From assembly GCA_045586645.1 (NCBI GenBank), contig JAZNAR010000040.1:6661-70660 (forward strand): a stretch of 64,000 nucleotides of DNA, written 5' to 3'. Every line of letters begins with the position of its first letter. The first letter of the stretch is position 1. The notes beneath the pieces were generated by a model. That model ran no database searches and was not told the DNA's origin. It was given only the letters and a program-made list of their open reading frames with translations. This DNA comes from Victivallaceae bacterium (GTDB lineage Bacteria > Verrucomicrobiota > Lentisphaeria > Victivallales > Victivallaceae). Of the stretch, positions 36,619 through 46,539 are shown piece after piece. The translations under genes were made by a program, and so were the position numbers.

Positions 36619-37086
36619 ATGCCGAAAACTCCGCCGGATGCGTTTGAAAAAGCGATCCGTTTTCTGGCTCTGCGCCCGTTGAGCGAAAAAGAGCTGCTGA
36701 CCAAATTGCTCCGCGCCGGCTTCCCGGATGACGAATGCGCCCGGGCGGTTGCGGAGTGTCACAAACGTCACTATCTGGACGATGAATTGCTCGCTGTGGA
36801 CAGTGTTTCTGCTCTGCGGCAGCGCAATCTCGGCACGCGTCAGATAAAATTCCGCCTTGCCAGACGCGGGTTGGATATGGAAACGGTTTCCGGATTGCTC
36901 GCCGATGAACCGCAGGAGGAATTGGCTGCCGCGATACGGGCAATGCAGAGCAAATCACGTCTGCTGCGCAATGAAACAGATGAGCGCAAAAAGCGGGAAA
37001 AACTTTTCCGTTTTATGATTGGACGCGGATTTTCTCCGGAAATAATTTCCCGGGCACTCAAATCTGCCGGAGAAAACGGGGAGTGA
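36619..37086 (+). CDS. recX: RecX family regulatory protein
   Basis: Three-helix repeat pattern (AIRFLALRPLSEKEL..). ATG at 36619. A TTG at 36610 overlapping the apgM stop is the alternative start. Confidence 0.8.
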   Translation: MPKTPPDAFEKAIRFLALRPLSEKELLTKLLRAGFPDDECARAVAECHKRHYLDDELLAVDSVSALRQRNLGTRQIKFRLARRGLDMETVSGLLADEPQEELAAAIRAMQSKSRLLRNETDERKKREKLFRFMIGRGFSPEIISRALKSAGENGE

Positions 37087-37093
37087 CTTTTTT

Positions 37094-38833
37094 TCAGCTG
37101 TGAATGTCTATCACTGTACCGGAAAAAAGGTCAACGATTTCTGCCACCGCCGGATTTTCGGTCACGATCTGACTCAACGCCTGCGGATTTTCATTGGCGA
37201 TACTGCGCTGATTTTTCTGCGGGGAGTAGTCTGATTTATTGGCAGATATTTTAGGCTCTGCGCCATCTTTTGTCAGCGGCAGTGAAAAGTTTTCAGAGAG
37301 CAACATTGAAGCCGGTTCGCCTATTTCCCCGTCATCGCTGCTCTCATCTGCATCATACACATCAACAACAGATACATTCTCTGCTGCCGCCGGAAAAACA
37401 GAGGGGGCGGCTTCTTCCGCGGGAGGCTCCGGTATTTCTGCAACAGCAACGCTTTCTGTTCCGGCAACAGGCATTTCCGTTTCTGCTTCAGCACTGTTTT
37501 CAACTGCAATTGCCGGCATTTCCGCTTCCGGCTCAATTTTTTCTGCAACTGGCACAACAGTTTCAGCCGGTGCAGACACCGGCGGCGGCTCAAGCTGCGG
37601 CGGAACGACCGGACTCACTGCTTCCGGCGCGATGTTTTTTTCCACGACCGGCAATTTATCCAGAAATTGCAATTCACCGGCGGAACGCAACTGGTTCAAG
37701 CGGGCAAGAATATCACCTATACGCACAGCGTGAGCCTCACGCATTGCTTTCAACAGAATCGTTTCGAGAAAAATCTGTTTATTGAGCGCATCATGCAGCA
37801 CTCTGCCGACAGGTGCGACCGTTTCCAGCAAAATCTGCACCGTTTCAGCGGAAACAGTCGTTGAAACCTGACGGAAACGGGCAATATTTTCCGGAGATTC
37901 ATCCAGGATTTCTTCCGGATTTGGCAAAATCGCACACATTTGAATCGCTCGCAACGCCGCCAGTAAATCATCAAAAAGCGTTTCCAGATTTTTGCCTTTT
38001 TTGGCAAGACCGCTGATCCGGCTGACAACCTCACCCGGTTTATTCTGCAAAACCGCATTCAGGATCGCATAAAGGTCTTCCCGGTCAGTCAACCCGAAAA
38101 GCGACAACACCTGCGCTTCGGTGATCTGCGAACCATCTCCGGAAGCAAAAAATGCGATCATCTGGTCCAGCAATGACTGGGCATCGCGCATACCGCCTTC
38201 TGCCGCACGGGCTATCGCGGATACAGCTGCCGGATTTATGGCAACTTTTTCGGTATCGGCAATAAGCTGTAAACGTTCAGCTATCTGACGTGTTGGGATA
38301 GGCAGCAAATCAAAACGCTGACAACGCGAAATTATTGTCGGCAGAACCTGATGCACTTCGGTGGTGGCAAAAATAAACTTGACGTGCGCCGGAGGCTCTT
38401 CCACTGTTTTCAGCAAAACGTTCCACGCCTGTTTGCTCAACATATGAACTTCGTCGATAATGTAAATTTTGTATTTCCCGCTTACCGGACGGGTCAATGT
38501 ATTGTCTGCAAGTTCGCGCATATCCACAGTGGTATTGCGGCTGGCGGCGTCAACTTCCATAACATCCAGACTGCGTTCCGCGGCGATTTCCCTGCAGCTG
38601 GCACACTCGCAACACGGTTCGCCGTCACGGGGATTTTCACAATTCAGAGCCTTGGCAAAAATACGCGCCAGAGTTGTTTTGCCTATTCCGCGCGGACCGA
38701 CAAATAAATACGCGTGCGCTATTCTGCCGCTGCGTATGGCATTTTTAAGGGTTCTGACTACGTGTTCCTGACCGACCACATCGCCGAAAGCCTGCGGCCG
38801 CCATTTGCGTGCGATGACCTGATATTCACTCAT
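37094..38833 (-). CDS. dnaX: DNA polymerase III subunit gamma/tau
   Basis: GPRGIGKTT Walker A, Zn module CENPRDGEPCCECASC and SRC-type box. Pro/Ala/Glu-rich C-terminal region. Confidence 0.95.
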   Translation of the reverse strand: MSEYQVIARKWRPQAFGDVVGQEHVVRTLKNAIRSGRIAHAYLFVGPRGIGKTTLARIFAKALNCENPRDGEPCCECASCREIAAERSLDVMEVDAASRNTTVDMRELADNTLTRPVSGKYKIYIIDEVHMLSKQAWNVLLKTVEEPPAHVKFIFATTEVHQVLPTIISRCQRFDLLPIPTRQIAERLQLIADTEKVAINPAAVSAIARAAEGGMRDAQSLLDQMIAFFASGDGSQITEAQVLSLFGLTDREDLYAILNAVLQNKPGEVVSRISGLAKKGKNLETLFDDLLAALRAIQMCAILPNPEEILDESPENIARFRQVSTTVSAETVQILLETVAPVGRVLHDALNKQIFLETILLKAMREAHAVRIGDILARLNQLRSAGELQFLDKLPVVEKNIAPEAVSPVVPPQLEPPPVSAPAETVVPVAEKIEPEAEMPAIAVENSAEAETEMPVAGTESVAVAEIPEPPAEEAAPSVFPAAAENVSVVDVYDADESSDDGEIGEPASMLLSENFSLPLTKDGAEPKISANKSDYSPQKNQRSIANENPQALSQIVTENPAVAEIVDLFSGTVIDIHS

Positions 38834-39558
38834 CTGACGCTCTCCAACGCTTCACGCTGCATGGCAAATATCTGTTTAAGACCGTATTCAGCCAAATCGA
38901 CCAATTCATTCAAACGCGCACGGGAAAACGGCGCACCTTCAGCAGTGCCCTGCACTTCCACCAGATTGCCGGATTCAGTCATTACCACATTCATATCAAC
39001 TTCCGCACGGTGGTCCTCATCGTAACACAAATCCAGCATCGGCTCACCGTCGATGATTCCGACACTGACTGCAGCGACCAATTCGCGGAAAGGATTATCC
39101 GCCGCCGGATAACGGCGTTTGCACGCCGCCGCCAACGCCAATGCAGCACCGGTAATGCTGGCACAGCGGGTGCCCCCGTCAGCATCAATGACATCACAAT
39201 CCAGATAAACGGTACATTCGCCCAATCTTTCCAAATCCACAGCCATACGCAATGACCTTCCGATAAGACGCTGTATCTCAACCGTTCTGCCGCCCTGTTT
39301 CCCGGCGGAAGCTTCACGCTTGCAGCGTTCTCCGGTGGCAGCAGGCAGCATACCGTATTCGCAAGTGACCCAACCGCCGGAAACTTTCTGATTTTTCATC
39401 CACTGCGGAACTTTGTCTTCAAACGTGGCAGCGGTCAAAACTTTGGTCATTCCGCAGGAAATCTGCAGTGAAGCAAGCGGATGAGAGAGATAATCCATCG
39501 CAAAGGATATGCGCCGCAATTCGTCGCAGGCACGGCCGTCGATTCGCGTAACACTCAT
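38830..39558 (-). CDS. rph: ribonuclease PH
   Basis: RIDGRACDELR.. and GGTRCASITGAALAL motifs. The stop overlaps the dnaX ATG (ATGA). Confidence 0.95.
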   Translation of the reverse strand: MSVTRIDGRACDELRRISFAMDYLSHPLASLQISCGMTKVLTAATFEDKVPQWMKNQKVSGGWVTCEYGMLPAATGERCKREASAGKQGGRTVEIQRLIGRSLRMAVDLERLGECTVYLDCDVIDADGGTRCASITGAALALAAACKRRYPAADNPFRELVAAVSVGIIDGEPMLDLCYDEDHRAEVDMNVVMTESGNLVEVQGTAEGAPFSRARLNELVDLAEYGLKQIFAMQREALESVR

Positions 39559-39586
39559 GGGAAATACCTTTATTGTAAATAAAAAT

Positions 39587-39693
39587 GCTGTGAAACAGAT
39601 TACCTATGGCCTGTCGGAAATCGCGTAGGGCTGCTTGGTTCCCCACCTGACCCGGTTGGCGTTTCAGACAACACACAGGGTCCGTTTCACAGC
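39587..39693 (-). ncRNA. ffs: small (4.5S-type) signal recognition particle RNA
   Basis: Minus-strand sequence GCTGTGAAAC...GGGTCAGGTGGGGAACCAAGCAGCCC...GTTTCACAGC. The termini form a perfect 10-bp closing helix. The central GTCAGGT-GGAA-AGCAGCC element matches the conserved domain IV of bacterial SRP RNA. Confidence 0.8.
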
Positions 39694-39703
39694 AACACTT
39701 AAC

Positions 39704-40561
39704 TTACATCTTTTTCTTGAAAATTTCAAGTAAAAAAGCCAATTCTTTTCGTAAATTTTTTCTTTCCACCACCCGGTCTATCAATCCGTGGGCGAGCAGA
39801 AACTCCGCAGTCTGGAAACCTTCCGGCAAAACAGACTTGGTCGTTTCCTGAACCACACGCGGACCGGCGAAGCCGACCATTGCTCCGGGTTCGGAAAGAA
39901 TAACATCGCCAAGTGTGGCAAAACTGGCTGAAACACCACCGTAAGTCGGATTGGTGATAATAACTATGTAGCCCAGTTTCTTTTCCCGGTGACGGGCAAG
40001 CGCGCCGCTGGTCTTTGCCATTTGCATCAAGCTCAAAATGCCCTCCTGCATACGGGCTCCGCCGGAAGCTGTGACCAGCACGACACTCTGTTCACGGGCT
40101 GTGGCACGCTCGATCATACGGGTGATCCTCTCGCCCACGACCGACCCCATAGACGCCCCCATGAAACTGAAATTCATCACCCCGAGCGAAAACGGGATCT
40201 CATTCAATGTCGCATGACCACAGCAGACAGCTTCAGACATTCCGGATTTCTGCACATTTTCCTCAATACGTTGGACGTAACTTTTGGAATCCACAAAATG
40301 CAGCCGGTCAACAGAGCGCAATTCAGCATCCTCTTCCCGGAAACTGCCGGGGTCAGTCAATGATTTGATGCGGGATTTTACACTCAACGGCATATGATAA
40401 TTACAGCACCAGCAGACCTGCATATTATCTTCAAGGCGTTCATTGTAAAGCGTTTGACCGCACTTTTTGCATTTGACCCATGAACCGTCGGGAATAACCA
40501 TTTTGCGTTTGACCCCCGACCGTAAAGTCGAATATTTGCCACTGTTGCTGAAAATAGCCAT
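39704..40561 (-). CDS. accD: acetyl-CoA carboxylase carboxyltransferase beta subunit
   Basis: N-terminal Zn ribbon CKKCGQ..CWCCNYH. Carboxyltransferase core GGARMQEG. Confidence 0.95.
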   Translation of the reverse strand: MAIFSNSGKYSTLRSGVKRKMVIPDGSWVKCKKCGQTLYNERLEDNMQVCWCCNYHMPLSVKSRIKSLTDPGSFREEDAELRSVDRLHFVDSKSYVQRIEENVQKSGMSEAVCCGHATLNEIPFSLGVMNFSFMGASMGSVVGERITRMIERATAREQSVVLVTASGGARMQEGILSLMQMAKTSGALARHREKKLGYIVIITNPTYGGVSASFATLGDVILSEPGAMVGFAGPRVVQETTKSVLPEGFQTAEFLLAHGLIDRVVERKNLRKELAFLLEIFKKKM

Positions 40562-40574
40562 TTTTTTATCCTTG

Positions 40575-41123
40575 TTACTTGATTAGCGCGGAAATCGCTT
40601 TGAAATGCGGATTTTTCGCATCACGCATCAGCATAAATATCACTGCTTCGCTGCCCAGCACCGTTGCTCCGGCATTGCGGGCAGTTTCCAACGCCCAGTC
40701 ACGTTCACTGTTTTTGCGACTGCCGACAGCATCTGCCACAACGAATACCTCATAACCCGCAGCGCGGGCATCAAGCACGCTCTGCAGCAGGCAGACATTC
40801 ATTTCCACTCCGGCAAAAATCAGCACATCCCGCCTGCGGGCGGAGAGCGCAGTCATAAACGAGTCTGCTTTGAATACTGAAAATGCGGTTTTTTCACACA
40901 CCACCGCGCTGTCCGGCAGCCAGGTGGCGATTTCCGGGACCGTACTGCCCAACCCTTTGGGATACTGCTCGGTAACGGCGATATCCACCCCGAGTTCAGC
41001 CGCGGCACGAACCATCAGAGCTGCTCTGGCGACGATGGATTCAGCATCGCTCATCGCCGGCATCAGTTTCTGCTGCAGGTCAACCACGACCAGAAGGGAA
41101 TTTTCTACGGTTGGAAAAAGCAT
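40575..41123 (-). CDS. isochorismatase-family cysteine hydrolase
   Basis: LLVVVDLQ.. and ..GVEMNVCLLQS (catalytic Cys region). ATG at 41123, 16 nt after the upstream stop. The track ORF starts at the GTG at 41150. Confidence 0.8.
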   Translation of the reverse strand: MLFPTVENSLLVVVDLQQKLMPAMSDAESIVARAALMVRAAAELGVDIAVTEQYPKGLGSTVPEIATWLPDSAVVCEKTAFSVFKADSFMTALSARRRDVLIFAGVEMNVCLLQSVLDARAAGYEVFVVADAVGSRKNSERDWALETARNAGATVLGSEAVIFMLMRDAKNPHFKAISALIK

Positions 41124-41139
41124 TCTCTGATTCCCTGTT

Positions 41140-42414
41140 TTATTTTTCACCGCACAACTTGCGTACAGCCGCCAATTTCACGCAAACGCAGAAAAGCTTC
41201 ATCGCTGTCCGCAATTCATCATCGGACGGATAGGTCGGAGCAATACGGATATTGCTGTCCGCCGGGTCTTTTTTGTAAGGAAATGTTGCTCCGGCACCGG
41301 TCATCGTGACACCGGCATTTTTCGCCAGTTCCAAAGTTGCTTTGGCACATCCGGGCAACGTATCAAGCGACACAAAATATCCGCCTTTGGGGGAGTTCCA
41401 ACTGGCAAAACCGTTTTCCGCCAGTTCGCCTGTCAGTGTTTCCAGCACGATGTCAAATTTCGGACGGAGAACATCGGCGAGTTCCGCCATGTGTTTTTTC
41501 AGCGTCGGAGCATCTTTCAGCACCCGGAGAGTCCGGAGCTGATTGAGTTTATCGCTGCCGATGGTCTGGATACCCATGCGTTTGAGGATCTCCTGACGTT
41601 CTTTGAGCGAACACGCCATCATCGCCACCCCCGCACCGGGGAAGGTGATTTTGCTGGTGGAAAAGAAATAGTAAGCTCTGTCCGGATTGCCGCCGGCTTC
41701 GCAAGCAGCAAAAATATCTGCCAGTTTGGTTTCGCCGTAGAGGTGATGCACACCGTAAGCATTATCCCAGAAAATTTTGAAATCAGGCGCGGCGCACTTC
41801 ATTTTTCCCAGCCGGCTGACAGTTTCATCACTGTAACAGATGCCCTGCGGATTGCTGTAAAGCGGCACACACCAGATACCTTTTATACCGGCATCTTCAG
41901 CAACGAGTTTTTCCACGATATCCATATCCGGACCGTCGGCAGTCATCGGCACAGGGATCATCTCAAAACCGAACTCCTGCGTGATGGCAAAGTGACGGTC
42001 ATATCCGGGGCTGGGGCAGAGGAATTTGCGATTTTCAGTTTTGCCCCAGGCGGGGAAACCATTTGTCCCGAAAATGACCAGTCTGGCGATAGAATCATAC
42101 ATCAGCGTCAAACTGGAATTGCCGCCGACGATTATTCTTTCCGGGTCAAGTTCCAGAACTTCGCCGAAAAAGCGGCGCATTTCCGGCAGGCCTTCCAGAA
42201 TTCCGTAATTCCGGGCATCAGTGCCGTCGGCGGCATAGGGATTCTGCAATGTTTCCAAAACAGAATCATTGTGGTCAAGCAACGCTCCGGACGGTTTGCC
42301 GCGTGCCATATTCAACGCCAGATTGCGTGCAGCATATCCGGCATATTCCTCTTCCAGAACCGCTCTCAATTTTTCAAGTTCATTTTGCTGCCAATCAGCA
42401 ATGTTTTTTGCCAT
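41140..42414 (-). CDS. class I/II PLP-dependent aminotransferase
   Basis: FSTSKITFPGAG (PLP lysine region). ATG at 42414 (MAKNIADWQ). Confidence 0.85.
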   Translation of the reverse strand: MAKNIADWQQNELEKLRAVLEEEYAGYAARNLALNMARGKPSGALLDHNDSVLETLQNPYAADGTDARNYGILEGLPEMRRFFGEVLELDPERIIVGGNSSLTLMYDSIARLVIFGTNGFPAWGKTENRKFLCPSPGYDRHFAITQEFGFEMIPVPMTADGPDMDIVEKLVAEDAGIKGIWCVPLYSNPQGICYSDETVSRLGKMKCAAPDFKIFWDNAYGVHHLYGETKLADIFAACEAGGNPDRAYYFFSTSKITFPGAGVAMMACSLKERQEILKRMGIQTIGSDKLNQLRTLRVLKDAPTLKKHMAELADVLRPKFDIVLETLTGELAENGFASWNSPKGGYFVSLDTLPGCAKATLELAKNAGVTMTGAGATFPYKKDPADSNIRIAPTYPSDDELRTAMKLFCVCVKLAAVRKLCGEK

Positions 42415-42507
42415 ATTCCAATCCCCCTGCCGGATATCCGGCATTATTAAACATAAAAACCAACGCATAATATAGCATAATTGCCATATTTTTGCAATAT
42501 GTTGTTG

Positions 42508-43506
42508 TTAAAAAAGCTCGGGTTGTTCTGTTTCAACGGCTGTTTTCAGCGGTGAAACAGATTTTTCCGGTTCCGCGGAATGCGCTTCGGCAAAGGCAAA
42601 AAGGTCATCAGGCGGGAGAATCGGCTCTTCCCGGGGAAGTTCAGGCAATTCTTTCAAAATCGAGTTGAACTGGTTTTCCCGGCAGATATTTGCAATCAAC
42701 TGCCAATCCGGAGTTTTTCTTTCCGGCAGAGACATATTTTCCCATTCCGGCGGCAAATCGGTTTTCAATTTTATCAGCTGCCGGTTTTTTGCCAGTGTAT
42801 CCAGGTGGGGCAGAAGTTTTTTGGCATATTTGCTCTCTGAAATTTTTTCCGGCACACTCAACCACTCTGACGCCGCACCGTAAGTATTGAGCAAATCAGC
42901 CGCACTTTTCGGCCCGATCCCCGGCACCCCCGGGATATTATCCGATGCGTCACCGAGCAGTGACAGATAATCGACCATCAACTCCGGAGCGACACCATAT
43001 TTATTCACGACTTCCGCCGCACCGCGGAGCTCAAAACTGTTGGTTCCGGGCACCAGCATCATCACACGCTCATTTATCAGCTGTGAAAGGTCCTTGTCGG
43101 AACTGACAATACGCACCGGCATATCGGAAAACTTTTCCGTCATGCCGCCGATAAGGTCGTCAGCTTCCCAGTTTTCATGCTGAAACAGCTGCCAGCCGAA
43201 AGCCTCTGCGATACGCCTGATAAGCGGGATCTGACTGCGCAGATCATCCGGCATCGGCGGACGGTTGGCTTTGTATTCCGGCAGTATTTCACTTCTGAAT
43301 GCGACTTTTCCGCAATCAAAAAGCATTGCTCCGGCAGATGACGGATGCTCTTTTTCCAGTTTCAAAAGCAATTTGGTGAAAACAAATGCCGCATTCACCG
43401 GTTCCCCCCGGGAATTGGTCAGCATCCTGATCGCATAAAATGAGCGGAATATCTGACTGTACGCATCAATAAGAAGCAATGCTTCTCCGGCAGAAGAGTT
43501 ATTCAT
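42508..43506 (-). CDS. stand-alone 5'-3' exonuclease (Pol I N-terminal/FEN-like)
   Basis: LLIDAYSQIFRSFYA.., DKDL and GDASDNIPGVPGIGPKSA H3TH motif. No polymerase domain follows. Confidence 0.85.
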   Translation of the reverse strand: MNNSSAGEALLLIDAYSQIFRSFYAIRMLTNSRGEPVNAAFVFTKLLLKLEKEHPSSAGAMLFDCGKVAFRSEILPEYKANRPPMPDDLRSQIPLIRRIAEAFGWQLFQHENWEADDLIGGMTEKFSDMPVRIVSSDKDLSQLINERVMMLVPGTNSFELRGAAEVVNKYGVAPELMVDYLSLLGDASDNIPGVPGIGPKSAADLLNTYGAASEWLSVPEKISESKYAKKLLPHLDTLAKNRQLIKLKTDLPPEWENMSLPERKTPDWQLIANICRENQFNSILKELPELPREEPILPPDDLFAFAEAHSAEPEKSVSPLKTAVETEQPELF

Positions 43507-43511
43507 CACGC

Positions 43512-44864
43512 TCACTTCCCGGTCATTTTTTTCAACATAGCCGGAAAATTACTGTCCGCGACCCCGCTGTGACCGTTCTGCGGAGAGATCGACATCTTTT
43601 TCGGCGTATCTGCCGGCAGACTGTTGTACGCGGCATAAACACTTGTCGGCACGCAGACCGTATCCAGCAAGCCGGTACTCATGGAAACCGGACATTTTAT
43701 TCTGCGGGCGAAATAACAACCGTCATAATACGCCGCACATTCAGCAACTGCCGGAACATCCGGCTTGCCGTCAGCAGTACGTTTGTACAATCTCGGCCAG
43801 CCGCTGGAACGGGGAATGGCGGAAAGCACCCCTGAATGGTCATTCATCGCCGGCACCCCTGCCCGCATCAATGTGACATCTTTATCCAGCGCAGCGGCGG
43901 CGATCGCCTGCGCTCCGCCCTGACTGGTTCCGGAGACGATCAGATTTTTACCATCCCACTCCGGCAGGGTCTTGACATATTCCAACGCCCGCATCACCCG
44001 CATATACATTCCGCGGAAATAAAATTTATTACGGTCATTTTTACCCCAGTGTGCATAGCGGTCATCGGGATCGCCATTGCGCTGGGGATAATAAACTTTG
44101 CGGCGCAGTTCCTGATAAAACTCCGGATTTTTACCGTTGACAATACCATGGGCATTGACGTCAAGAGCGATAAACCCGCGGCTGCCGTAATCAAGCTGTT
44201 TGCGGGCGGAAACGACACCGGCACCGTGAAATATCACTATTGCCGGACAGCTTTTGACTTCAGCATTGACAGGCATGGTCAAATATGCGGAAACCGGTTT
44301 TTCTCCGGCGCAGGCAACTTTTACGTCAAAAATTTTCACATCCTTGCTTTTGACTGCGACCGGGACTCTTTCCAGCTCTTTGACCGGCACTGCTGCCAGC
44401 TCTTTTTTCACGCCGTCCCAGAAACGGTCGAAATCGGCCGGTTCGGCTTTCGCCGGAAACAGTTTTTCCGGTTCGACCAGCACACCGATGCCGTCTGTCA
44501 CCGGACGGTTCACCGTTTTTCCCCGGTATTTTACAGGCTGTTTCGCCCGTTTGCCCTTGCTGTCAAGGAGATAAACGTTGATGTACGCCCAGCCGGGGTG
44601 CGGCATGGACATTTCGTACTGCCACGCTTTTTCTCCAACCGTAAAAGTACCTTTTTTGCTCAAATTATTATCGCCGCTCAAAACGTATTCGACCTTTGTA
44701 CCGGCGGCAGCTTTGCCGTCAAGGAGCAGCTGTGCGGAAAAAACTATTTTTTCACCGGCTTTGAAAACAGATTTTCCCCCGGTTGACAGCTTCCACGAAT
44801 ATTTACCGCCGGCAAAAACGGCAACACCACAGAGCATAATTGACACAAGAATAAATTTTTTCAT
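43512..44864 (-). CDS. secreted acetyl xylan esterase (CE7/AXE1-like) serine hydrolase
   Basis: ATG at 44864 gives signal peptide MKKFILVSIMLCGVAVFA. GTSQGG nucleophile elbow. Family by recall. Confidence 0.8.
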   Translation of the reverse strand: MKKFILVSIMLCGVAVFAGGKYSWKLSTGGKSVFKAGEKIVFSAQLLLDGKAAAGTKVEYVLSGDNNLSKKGTFTVGEKAWQYEMSMPHPGWAYINVYLLDSKGKRAKQPVKYRGKTVNRPVTDGIGVLVEPEKLFPAKAEPADFDRFWDGVKKELAAVPVKELERVPVAVKSKDVKIFDVKVACAGEKPVSAYLTMPVNAEVKSCPAIVIFHGAGVVSARKQLDYGSRGFIALDVNAHGIVNGKNPEFYQELRRKVYYPQRNGDPDDRYAHWGKNDRNKFYFRGMYMRVMRALEYVKTLPEWDGKNLIVSGTSQGGAQAIAAAALDKDVTLMRAGVPAMNDHSGVLSAIPRSSGWPRLYKRTADGKPDVPAVAECAAYYDGCYFARRIKCPVSMSTGLLDTVCVPTSVYAAYNSLPADTPKKMSISPQNGHSGVADSNFPAMLKKMTGK

Positions 44865-45058
44865 TATTTCGTTTCCTTTTTTTAATTTGGATAAAGAGCT
44901 GTTAAAAAAAAAGTTCAAAACCGGACAACTTCCCCCGCCTTGAGGAGTAATTATGAAGAGGAGAATTTTGCGTACAAAGCAGTAGAAATCCTCCGGTTCT
45001 GAACCATTTATACTATAATTCAACTTTTTTATTATTGCAAATCATTTCCGGCAAAAAG

Positions 45059-45475
45059 TCACATTTCAGGGGCTTTCCACAAGGTGAATCCCGGTTGCTC
45101 GTGCCACTTCAGTTTCCGGTAGAAATTTTCTGTCCCCGGTTCTCCCACCAGAGCGACCCAATTCACTCCGCGCCGGTGCAATTCAGCACACAGCAGCTCT
45201 ATCAATCCGCTGCCGATGCCCCTGCCCCGGCACTCCGGAGCAACGACGACATCCTGAATATAGCCGTCAGAACATCCGTCTGAAAGCACTCTGGCAACAC
45301 CGCACAAATTCCCGGCTTCATCAAATGCTCCGGCAACAAGAAATGAGCCGCGCAACGCCGGGAGCAGAAATCCGGTATCATCATCCGCACTTATCCATCC
45401 GGCTGAAACGTAAAAACCGGCAATACGCTTGAGCATATCGCCGGAAAACTCTTTGAGCAAACGGAACTCCGTCAT
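45059..45475 (-). CDS. GNAT-family N-acetyltransferase
   Basis: RGRGIGSGLIE acetyl-CoA binding motif. ATG at 45475 lies 1 nt after the argC stop. Alternative ATG at 45499. Confidence 0.8.
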   Translation of the reverse strand: MTEFRLLKEFSGDMLKRIAGFYVSAGWISADDDTGFLLPALRGSFLVAGAFDEAGNLCGVARVLSDGCSDGYIQDVVVAPECRGRGIGSGLIELLCAELHRRGVNWVALVGEPGTENFYRKLKWHEQPGFTLWKAPEM

Positions 45476-45476
45476 A

Positions 45477-46511
45477 TCAGAGCAGCCCGGTTGCCTCATC
45501 CACGCCGAAGCGGATATTCATGCACTGGATCGCCTGTCCCGCTGCGCCTTTGGTCAGATTGTCGATACAACTGGTGACGATAACTTTGTTGGTATGTTCA
45601 TCAAAGAAGTAGCCGATTTCACAGCAGTTTGTCATAAACACATACTTGGTATCGGCACAGCGTTTCGGGGGCAGGACCCGGACAAACTGTTCATTGCCAT
45701 AGGCTTTTCCCAGAGATTCGCCGACTTTTTCCAATGAACATCCCGGCATGGCGTTCATAACAATGGTGGAATTTATGCCGCGGTTCATCGGAGCGAGATG
45801 GGGGATAAAGTTTATTTTCACCTCCGGCACACCGGCTCCGAAAGCCATTTCCTGCTCGATTTCAGGCAGATGCCTGTGACCGACCGGAGAGTAAGCTTTT
45901 ATACTTTCGTTGCATTCCGGAAAAATATAGGGCAAATCGACCTTCCGTCCGGCTCCGGTGCACCCGGAACAGCTGGCTACAACGATACCTTCCGGAGAAA
46001 CCAGTTTGTCCCGGAGCAGCGGCACTGTCGGCAGAATACTGCTGGTGGGATAACATCCGGCACACGCGACCAGATCTGCACTGCGCAGCTGTTCACGATA
46101 CAGTTCCGGCTGACCGTAAACCGCTTTGGCAAGCAGTTCCGGTGCGGGGTGATCAGCTTTGTAATATTCTTTATATTTCGCGGTGCTTTTCAAACGGAAA
46201 TCCGCAGAAATATCAAAAACTTTCACATTTTTTTCCAACAGCGGAATGGCGAACTCGGTCGCCAGCCCGTGCGGCAGAGCCAATATCGCGGCATCGAAAT
46301 CGCACTTTTTCATCGCTTCATCCGGAGCGACGAAACTCAACGGTAATCCGGTAAAGCGGGGAAACACATTGGAAACCGGCTCTCCGGCGTTTTTTCTGGA
46401 CGTGATCGCCGTGATTTCAGCCATATTGTGCCGCAACAACAGCCGGAGCAACTCCTCACCGGCATAACCTGAAGCACCGAAAACTGCAACTCTGATTTTA
46501 TTCATTTTCAT
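45477..46511 (-). CDS. argC: N-acetyl-gamma-glutamyl-phosphate reductase
   Basis: VFGASGYAGEEL NAD-binding motif. Active-site CAGCYPTS. Confidence 0.95.
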   Translation of the reverse strand: MKMNKIRVAVFGASGYAGEELLRLLLRHNMAEITAITSRKNAGEPVSNVFPRFTGLPLSFVAPDEAMKKCDFDAAILALPHGLATEFAIPLLEKNVKVFDISADFRLKSTAKYKEYYKADHPAPELLAKAVYGQPELYREQLRSADLVACAGCYPTSSILPTVPLLRDKLVSPEGIVVASCSGCTGAGRKVDLPYIFPECNESIKAYSPVGHRHLPEIEQEMAFGAGVPEVKINFIPHLAPMNRGINSTIVMNAMPGCSLEKVGESLGKAYGNEQFVRVLPPKRCADTKYVFMTNCCEIGYFFDEHTNKVIVTSCIDNLTKGAAGQAIQCMNIRFGVDEATGLL

Positions 46512-46539
46512 TCACCCTGATATTTACTGAACTTTTGTG

